Below, in pieces: positions 1-8,243 of a DNA stretch of 23,834 bases. Origin of the DNA: Utricularia gibba. Its lineage: Eukaryota; Plantae; Magnoliophyta. The stretch lies in assembly GCA_002189035.1 (NCBI GenBank), contig NEEC01000466.1, forward strand, positions 1 to 23,834. Direction: 5' to 3'. Position 1 is the first letter of the stretch, and each line of letters opens with the position of its first letter. Under the pieces are notes generated by a model, which was not told where the DNA came from, did not search any database, and saw only the letters and a program-made list of their open reading frames with translations. The position numbers were made by a program, and so were the translations under genes.

Positions 1-19
1 GAAAAAATCATGTGGGGTG

Positions 20-27
20 CACGTGAC
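20..27 (-). promoter_or_regulatory. GTCACGTG G-box/E-box-type motif (sequence match only), one per monomer
   Basis: The plus strand reads CACGTGAC, which matches the bHLH/bZIP G-box and the budding-yeast CDEI consensus RTCACRTG. There is no evidence of function. Confidence 0.25.
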
Positions 28-72
28 ATCTTACTTTAAACAAATGCATCATTATTTTCGTCGACTCGCACC

Positions 73-96
73 CGGTTGGGCTCATGAGCCGGACCG
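73..96. other. 24-bp imperfect palindrome with a perfect 12-bp core GGCTCATGAGCC (79-90), one per monomer
   Basis: CGGTTGGGCTCATGAGCCGGACCG versus its reverse complement CGGTCCGGCTCATGAGCCCAACCG gives 20/24 identity. Confidence 0.9.
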
Positions 97-210
97 AACG
101 CAGCGCCGGACCAAGTGCCCAGTGAGAGTGGCCGACACAAAACGAGAAGTTGTTCCTTGAAAAACCTTGTAGGAAGCCCCTGAAAACCGAACGTTAATAA
201 GTGCATCGCT

Positions 211-232
211 TTAGTTGCCAGGCTACAACTAA
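211..232. other. Inverted repeat TTAGTTG-N8-CAACTAA, one per monomer
   Basis: Perfect 7-bp arms at 211-217 and 226-232 with spacer CCAGGCTA. Confidence 0.8.
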
Positions 233-239
233 CTTTCGG

Positions 240-257
240 CCCTAACCCAACCTGACC
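240..257 (-). other. Telomere-like degenerate motif CCCTAACCCAACCTGACC (minus strand GGTCAGGTTGGGTTAGGG), one per monomer
   Basis: One exact CCCTAA followed by the degenerate units CCCAA and CCTGA. The minus strand has four G-tracts with loops of 3, 2 and 3 nt. Confidence 0.5.
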
Positions 258-298
258 TTTGTCCCGTTCTAGGTGCCCCAAGACCGCCTCCTCAAGTA

Positions 299-350
299 TA
301 AAGTAAGTTGTTGAAAAAATCATGTGGGGTGCACGTGACATCTTACTTTA
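299..350. other. Interrupted inverted repeat (hairpin/cruciform-capable) repeated once per monomer
   Basis: TAAAGTAAG (299-307) is the exact reverse complement of CTTACTTTA (342-350). After a T/T mismatch, TGT (309-311) pairs with ACA (338-340). An inner stem CATGTG (321-326)/CACGTG (332-337) has one G-T pair. Confidence 0.8.
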
Positions 351-3300
351 AACAAATGCATCATTATTTTCGTCGACTCGCACCCGGTTGGGCTCATGAG
401 CCGGACCGAACGCAGCGCCGGACCAAGTGCCCAGTGAGAGTGGCCGACACAAAACGAGAAGTTGTTCCTTGAAAAACCTTGTAGGAAGCCCCTGAAAACC
501 GAACGTTAATAAGTGCATCGCTTTAGTTGCCAGGCTACAACTAACTTTCGGCCCTAACCCAACCTGACCTTTGTCCGTTCTAGGTGCCCCCAAGACCGCC
601 TCCTCAAGTATAAAGTAAGTTGTTGAAAAAATCATGTGGGGTGCACGTGACATCTTACTTTAAACAAATGCATCATTATTTTCGTCGACTCGCACCCGTT
701 GGGCTCATGAGCCGGACCGAACGCAGCGCCGGACCAAGTGCCCAGTGAGAGTGGCCGACACAAAACGAGAAGTTGTTCCTTGAAAAACCTTGTAGGAAGC
801 CCCTGAAAACCGAACGTTAATAAGTGCATCGCTTTAGTTGCCAGGCTACAACTAACTTTCGGCCCTAACCCAACCTGACCTTTGTCCCGTTCTAGGTGCC
901 CCCAAGACCGCCTCCTCAAGTATAAAGTAAGTTGTTGAAAAAATCATGTGGGGTGCACGTGACATCTTACTTTAAACAAATGCATCATTATTTTTCGTCG
1001 ACTCGCACCCGGTTGGGCTCATGAGCCGGACCGAACGCAGCGCCGGACCAAGTGCCCAGTGAGAGTGGCCGACAAAAACGAGAAGTTGTTCCTTGAAAAA
1101 ACTTGTAGGAAGCCCTGAAAACCGAACGTTAATAAGTGCATCGCTTTAGTTGCCAGGCTACAACTAACTTTCGGCCCTAACCCAACCTGACCTTTGTCCC
1201 TTCTAGGTGCCCCCCAAGACCGCCTCCTCAAGTATAAAGTAAGTTGTTGAAAAAATCATGTGGGGTGCACGTGACATCTTACTTTAAACAAATGCATCAT
1301 TATTTTCGTCGACTCGCACCTTGGGCTCATGAGCCGGACCGAACGCAGCGCCGGACCAAGTGCCCAGTGAGAGTGGCCGACAAAACGAGAAGTTGTTCCT
1401 TGAAAAACCTTGTAGGAAGCCCTGAAAACCGAACGTTAATAAGTGCATCGCTTTAGTTGCCAGGCTACAACTAACTTTCGGCCCTAACCCAACCTGACCT
1501 TTGTCCCGTTCTAGGTGCCCCCAAGACCGCCTCCTCAAGTATAAAGTAAGTTGTTGAAAAAATCATGTGGGGTGCACGTGACATCTTACTTTAAACAAAT
1601 GCATCATTATTTTCGTCGACTCGCACCCGGTTGGGCTCATGAGCCGGACCGAACGCAGCGCCGGACCAAGTGCCCAGTGAGAGTGGCCGACACAAAACGA
1701 GAAGTTGTTCCTTGAAAAACCTTGTAGGAAGCCCCTGAAAACCGAACGTTAATAAGTGCATCGCTTTAGTTGCCAGGCTACAACTAACTTTCGGCCCTAA
1801 CCCAACCTGACCTTTGTCCCGTTCTAGGTGCCCCCCAAGACCGCCTCCTCAAGTATAAAGTAAGTTGTTGAAAAAATCATGTGGGGTGCACGTGACATCT
1901 TACTTTAAACAAATGCATCATTTTTCGTCGACTCGCACCGGTTGGGCTCATGAGCCGGACCGAACGCAGCGCCGGACCAAGTGCCCAGTGAGAGTGGCCG
2001 ACAAAACGAGAAGTTGTTCCTTGAAAAACCTTGTAGGAAGCCCCTGAAAACCGAACGTTAATAAGTGCATCGCTTTAGTTGCCAGGCTACAACTAACTTT
2101 CGGCCCTAACCCAACCTGACCTTTGTCCCGTTCTAGGTGCCCCCAAGACCGCCTCCTCAAGTATAAAGTAAGTTGTTGAAAAAATCATGTGGGGTGCACG
2201 TGACATCTTACTTTAAACAAATGCATCATTATTTTCGTCGACTCGCACCCGGTTGGGCTCATGAGCCGGACCGAACGCAGCGCCGGACCAAGTGCCCAGT
2301 GAGAGTGGCCGACACAAACGAGAAGTTGTTCCTTGAAAAACCTTGTAGGAAGCCCCTGAAAACCGAACGTTAATAAGTGCATCGCTTTAGTTGCCAGGCT
2401 ACAACTAACTTTCGGCCCTAACCCAACCTGACCTTTGTCCCGTTCTAGGTGCCCCCAAGACCGCCTCCTCAAGTATAAAGTAAGTTGTTGAAAAAATCAT
2501 GTGGGGTGCACGTGACATCTTACTTTAAACAAATGCATCATTATTTTCGTCGACTCGCACCCGGTTGGGCTCATGAGCCGGACCGAACGCAGCGCCGGAC
2601 CAAGTGCCCAGTGAGAGTGGCCGACACAAAACGAGAAGTTGTTCCTTGAAAAACCTTGTAGGAAGCCCTGAAAACCGAACGTTAATAAGTGCATCGCTTT
2701 AGTTGCCAGGCTACAACTAACTTTCGGCCCTAACCCAACCTGACCTTGTCCCGTTCTAGGTGCCCCCAAGACCGCCTCCTCAAGTATAAAGTAAGTTGTT
2801 GAAAAAATCATGTGGGGTGCACGTGACATCTTACTTTAAACAAATGCATCATTATTTTCGTCGACTCGCACCGGTTGGGCTCATGAGCCGGACCGAACGC
2901 AGCGCCGGACCAAGTGCCCAGTGAGAGTGGCCGACACAAAACGAGAAGTTGTTCCTTGAAAAACCTTGTAGGAAGCCCCTGAAAACCGAACGTTAATAAG
3001 TGCATCGCTTTAGTTGCCAGGCTACAACTAACTTTCGGCCCTAACCCAACCTGACCTTTGTCCCGTTCTAGGTGCCCCCAAGACCGCCTCCTCAAGTATA
3101 AAGTAAGTTGTTGAAAAAATCATGTGGGGTGCACGTGACATCTTACTTTAAACAAATGCATCATTATTTTCGTCGACTCGCACCCGGTTGGGCTCATGAG
3201 CCGGACCGAACGCAGCGCCGGACCAAGTGCCCAGTGAGAGTGGCCGACACAAAACGAGAAGTTGTTCCTTGAAAAACCTTGTAGGAAGCCCTGAAAACCG

Positions 3301-6300
3301 AACGTTAATAAGTGCAAGTTGCCAGGCTACAACTAACTTTCGGCCTAACCCAACCTGACCTTTGTCCCTTCTAGGTGCCCCCAAGACCGCCTCCTCAAGT
3401 ATAAAGTAAGTTGTTGAAAAAATCATGTGGGGTGCACGTGACATCTTACTTTAAACAAATGCATCATTATTTTCGTCGACTCGCACCCGGTTGGGCTCAT
3501 GAGCCGGACCGAACGCAGCGCCGGACCAAGTGCCCAGTGAGAGTGGCCGACACAAAACGAGAAGTTGTTCCTTGAAAAACCTTGTAGGAAGCCCCTGAAA
3601 ACCGAACGTTAATAAGTGCATCGCTTTAGTTGCCAGGCTACAACTAACTTTCGGCCCTAACCCAACCTGACCTTTGTCCCGTTCTAGGTGCCCCCCAAGA
3701 CCGCCTCCTCAAGTATAAAGTAAGTTGTTGAAAAAATCATGTGGGGTGCACGTGACATCTTACTTTAAACAAATGCATCATTATTTTCGTCGACTCGCAC
3801 CCGGTTGGGCTCATGAGCCGGACCGAACGCAACCAAGTGCCAGTGAGAGTGGCCGACACAAAACGAGAAGTTGTTCCTTGAAAAACCTTGTAGGAAGCCC
3901 CTGAAACCGAACGTTAATAAGTGCATCGCTTTAGTTGCCAGGCTACAACTAACTTTCGGCCCTAACCCAACCTGACCTTTGTCCCTTCTAGGTGCCCCCA
4001 AGACCGCCTCCTCAAGTATAAAGTAAGTTGTTGAAAAAATCATGTGGGGTGCACGTGACATCTTACTTTAAACAAATGCATCATTATTTTCGTCGACTCG
4101 CACCCGGTTGGGCTCATGAGCCGGACCGAACGCAGCGCCGGACCAAGTGCCCAGTGAGAGTGGCCGACACAAAACGAGAAGTTGTTCCTTGAAAAACCTT
4201 GTAGGAAGCCCCTGAAAACCGAACGTTAATAAGTGCATCGCTTTAGTTGCCAGGCTACAACTAACTTTCGGCCCTAACCCTGACCTTTGTCCCGTTCTAG
4301 TGCCCCCAAGACCGCCTCCTCAAGTATAAAGTAAGTTGTTGAAAAAATCATGTGGGGTGCACGTGACATCTTACTTTAAACAAATGCATCATTATTTTCG
4401 TCGACTCGCACCGGTTGGGCTCATGAGCCGGACCGAACGCAGCGCCGGACCAAGTGCCCAGTGAGAGTGGCCGACACAAAACGAGAAGTTGTTCCTTGAA
4501 AAACCTTGTAGGAAGCCCCTGAAAACCGAACGTTAATAAGTGCATCGCTTTAGTTGCCAGGCTACAACTAACTTTCGGCCCTAACCCAACCTGACCTTTG
4601 TCCCGTTCTAGGTGCCCCCCAAACCGCCTCCTCAAGTATAAAGTAAGTTGTTGAAAAATCATGTGGGGTGCACGTGACATCTTACTTTAAACAAATGCAT
4701 CATTATTTTCGTCGACTCGCACCCGGTTGGTCATGAGCCGGACCGAACGCAGCGCCGGACCAAGTGCCCAGTGAGAGTGGCCGACACAAAACGAGAAGTT
4801 GTTCCTTGAAAAACCTTGTAGGAAGCCCTGAAAACCGAACGTTAATAAGTGCTTTAGTTGCCAGGCTACAACTAACTTTCGGCCTAACCCAACTGACCTT
4901 TGTCCCTTCTAGGCCCCCCAAGACCGCCTCTCAAGTATAGTAAGTTGTTGAAAAAATCATGTGGGGTGCACGTGAATCTTACTTTAAACAAATGCATCAT
5001 TATTTTCGTCGACTCGCACCCGGTTGGGCTCATGAGCCGGACCGAACGCAGCGCCGGACCAAGTGCCCAGTGAGAGTGGCCGACACAAAACGAGAAGTTG
5101 TTCCTTGAAAAACCTTGTAGGAAGCCCTGAAAACCGAACGTTAATAAGTGCATCGCTTTAGTTGCCAGGCTAACTTTCGGCCCTAACCCAACCTGACCTT
5201 TGTCCCGTTCTAGTGCCCCCAAGACCGCCTCCTCAAGTATAAAGTAAGTTGTTGAAAAAATCATGTGGGGTGCACGTGACATCTTACTTTAAACAAATGC
5301 ATCATTATTTTCGTCGACTCGCAAGGTTGGGCTCATGAGCCGGACCGAACGCAGCGCCGGACCAAGTGCCCAGTGAGAGTGGCCGACACAAACGAGAAGT
5401 TTGTTCCTTGAAAAACCTTGTAGGAAGCCCCTGAAAACCGAACGTTAATAAGTGCATCGCTTTAGTTGCCAGGCTACAACTAACTTTCGGCCCTAACCCA
5501 ACCTGACCTTTGTCCCTTCTAGGTGCCCCCAAGACCGCCTCCTCAAGTATAAAGTAAGTTGTTGAAAAAATCATGTGGGGTGCACGTGACATCTTACTTT
5601 AAACAAATGCATCATTATTTTCGTCGACTCGCACCCGGTTGGGCTCATGAGCCGGACCGAACGCAGCGCCGGACCAAGTGCCCAGTGAGAGTGGCCGACA
5701 CAAAACGAGAAGTTGTTCCTTGAAAAACCTTGTAGGAAGCCCCTGAAAACCGAACGTTAATAAGTGCATCGCTTTAGTTGCCAGGCTACAACTAACTTTC
5801 GGCCCTAACCCAACCTGACCTTTGTCCCGTTCTAGGTGCCCCCCAAGACCGCCTCCTCAAGTATAAAGTAAGTTGTTGAAAAAATCATGTGGGGTGCACG
5901 TGACATCTTACTTTAAACAAATGCATCATTATTTTCGTCGACTCGCACCGGTTGGGCTCATGAGCCGGACCGAACGCAGCGCCGGACCAAGTGCCCAGTG
6001 AGAGTGGCCGACACAAAACGAGAAGTTGTTCCTTGAAAAACCTTGTAGGAAGCCCCTGAAAACCGAACGTTAATAAGTGCATCGCTTTAGTTGCCAGGCT
6101 ACAACTAACTTTCGCCCTAACCAACCTGACCTTTGTCCGTTCTAGGTGCCCCCCAAGACCTCCTCAAGTATAAAGTAAGTTGTTGAAAAAATCATGTGGG
6201 TGCACGTGACATCTTACTTTAAACAAATGCATCATTATTTTCGTCGACTCGCACCCGGTTGGCTCATGAGCCGGACCGAACGCAGCGCCGGACCAAGTGC

Positions 6301-7922
6301 CCAGTGAGAGTGGCCGACACAAAACGAGAAGTTGTTCCTTGAAAAACCTTGTAGGAAGCCCCTGAAAACCGAACGTTAATAAGTGCATCGCTTTAGTTGC
6401 CAGTAACTTTCGGCCCTAACCCAACCTGACCTTTGTCCCTTCTAGTGCCCCTCCTCAAGTATAAAGTAAGTTGTTGAAAAAATCATGTGGGGTGCACGTG
6501 ACATCTTACTTTAAACAAATGCATCATTATTTTCGTCGACTCGCACCCGGTTGGGCTCATGAGCCGGACCGAACGCAGCGCCGGACCAAGTGCCCAGTGA
6601 GAGTGGCCGACACAAAACGAGAAGTTGTTCCTTGAAAAACCTTGTAGGAAGCCCCTGAAAACCGAACGTTAATAAGTGCATCGCTTTAGTTGCCAGGCTA
6701 CAACTAACTTTCGGCCCTAACCCAACCTGACCTTTGTCCCGTTCTAGGTGCTCCTCAAGTATAAAGTAAGTTGTTGAAAAAATCATGTGGGGTGCACGTG
6801 ACATCTTACTTTAAACAAATGCATCATTATTTTCGTCGACTCGCACATGCCCACCGACACAAAACGAGAAGTTGTTCGAAAAACCTTGTAGTGAAAACCG
6901 AACGTTAATAAGTGCATCGCTTTAGTTGCCTACAACTAACTTTCGGCCCTAACCCAACCTGACCTTTGTCCCGTTCTAGGTGCCCCCCAAGACAAGTATA
7001 AAGTAAGTTGTTGAAAAAATCATGTGGGGTGCACGTGACATCTTACTTTAAACAAATGCATCATTATTTTCGTCGACTCGCACCCGGTTGGGCTCATGAG
7101 CCGGACCGAACGCAGCGCCGGACCAAGTGCCCAGTGAGAGTGGCCGACACAAAACGAGAAGTTGTTCCTTGAAAAACCTTGTAGGAAGCCCCTGAAAACC
7201 GAACGTTAATAAGTGCATCGCTTTAGTTGCCAGGCTACAACTAACTTTCGGCCCTAACCCAACCTGACCTTTGTCCCGTTCTAGGTGCCCCCCAAGACCG
7301 CCTCCTCAAGTATAAAGTAAGTTGTTGAAAAAATCATGTGGGGTGCACGTGACATCTTACTTTAAACAAATGCATCATTATTTTCGTCGACTCGCACCCG
7401 TTGGGCTCATGAGCCGGACCGAACGCAGCGCCGGACCAAGTGCCCAGTGAGAGTGGCCGACACAAAACGAGAAGTTGTTCCTTGAAAAACCTTGTAGGAA
7501 GCCCCTGAAAACCGAACGTTAATAAGTGCATCGCTTTAGTTGCCAGGCTACAACTAACTTTAACCAACCTGACCTTTGTCCCGTTCTAGGTGCCTCCTCA
7601 AGTATAAAGTAAGTTGTTGAAAAAATCATGTGGGGTGCACGTGACATCTTACTTTAAACAAATGCATCATTATTTTCGTCGACTCGCACCCGGTTGGGCT
7701 CATGAGCCGGACCGAAGCAGCGCCGGACCAAGTGCCCAGTGAGAGTGGCCGACACAAAACGAGAAGTTGTTCCTTGAAAAACCTTGTAGGAAGCCCCTGA
7801 AAACCGAACGTTAATAAGTGCATCGCTTTAGTTGCCAGGCTACAACTAACTTTCGGCCTAACCCAACCTGACCTTTGTCCCGTTCTAGGTGCCCCCCAAG
7901 ACCGCCTCCTCAAGTATAAAGT

Positions 7923-8076
7923 AAGTTGTTGAAAAAATCATGTGGGGTGCACGTGACATCTTACTTTAAACAAATGCATCATTATTTTCGTCGACTCGCA
8001 CCCGGTTGGGCTCATGAGCCGGACCGAACGCAGCGCCGGACCAAGTGCCCAGTGAGAGTGGCCGACACAAAACGAG
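7923..8076 (+). repeat. Sub-repeat A (154 bp, CpG-rich half of the monomer), present in every copy
   Basis: Starts AAGTTGTT-GAAAAA and is colinear with sub-repeat B through the anchors TGTnGG, TGA, TGCATC, CCG and GTGCCC (hand alignment). It has 12 CpG. Confidence 0.75.
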
Positions 8077-8243
8077 AAGTTGTTCCTTGAAAAACCTTGT
8101 AGGAAGCCCCTGAAAACCGAACGTTAATAAGTGCATCGCTTTAGTTGCCAGGCTACAACTAACTTTCGGCCCTAACCCAACCTGACCTTTGTCCCGTTCT
8201 AGGTGCCCCCAAGACCGCCTCCTCAAGTATAAAGTAAGTTGTT
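7931..8243 (+). repeat. Reference consensus monomer (313 bp, copy 27)
   Basis: It matches the majority base at every position, as do copies at 11591-11903 and 19023-19335. The 314-bp copies (1556-1869, 3416-3729, 5564-5877, 7013-7326, 14071-14384) differ only by C6 instead of C5 in GGTGCCCCC(C)AAG. GC is ~49% with 18 CpG per unit (hand counts). Each unit has single SalI, ApaLI, PmlI, NsiI, BspHI and AclI sites. Confidence 0.95.
8077..8235 (+). repeat. Sub-repeat B (159 bp, CpG-poorer half of the monomer), present in every copy
   Basis: Starts AAGTTGTT-CCTT-GAAAAA and has the same anchors at almost the same spacing as A: TGCATC to GTGCCC is 64 nt in A and 65 nt in B. It has 6 CpG. Confidence 0.75.

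Noticed and set aside
20-27. Budding-yeast point centromere (CDEI match)
   Set aside because: There is no adjacent ~80-bp, >90% AT CDEII or CDEIII element, and point centromeres are not tandemly arrayed.
81-88. Viroid-like circular RNA with a hammerhead ribozyme (unit size fits, CTCATGAG resembles CUGAUGAG)
   Set aside because: The conserved G of CUGA is C here, and no CUGANGA core exists on either strand. By eye the unit gives local hairpins rather than an end-to-end rod. Other ribozyme classes were not tested and would need a covariance-model search.
240-248. True telomere tract or telomerase RNA template
   Set aside because: There is only one CCCTAA per 313 bp, not a tandem run, and no supporting RNA features.
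281-289. 5S rRNA gene (AGACCGCCT matches part of eukaryotic 5S rRNA)
   Set aside because: Only 9 nt match. The flanks do not resemble 5S rRNA or its A/C boxes.
303-308. Spliced-leader RNA gene repeat (GTAAGT donor-like site)
   Set aside because: There is no downstream Sm-binding site (RAU4-6GR) and no similarity to spliced-leader exons I know.
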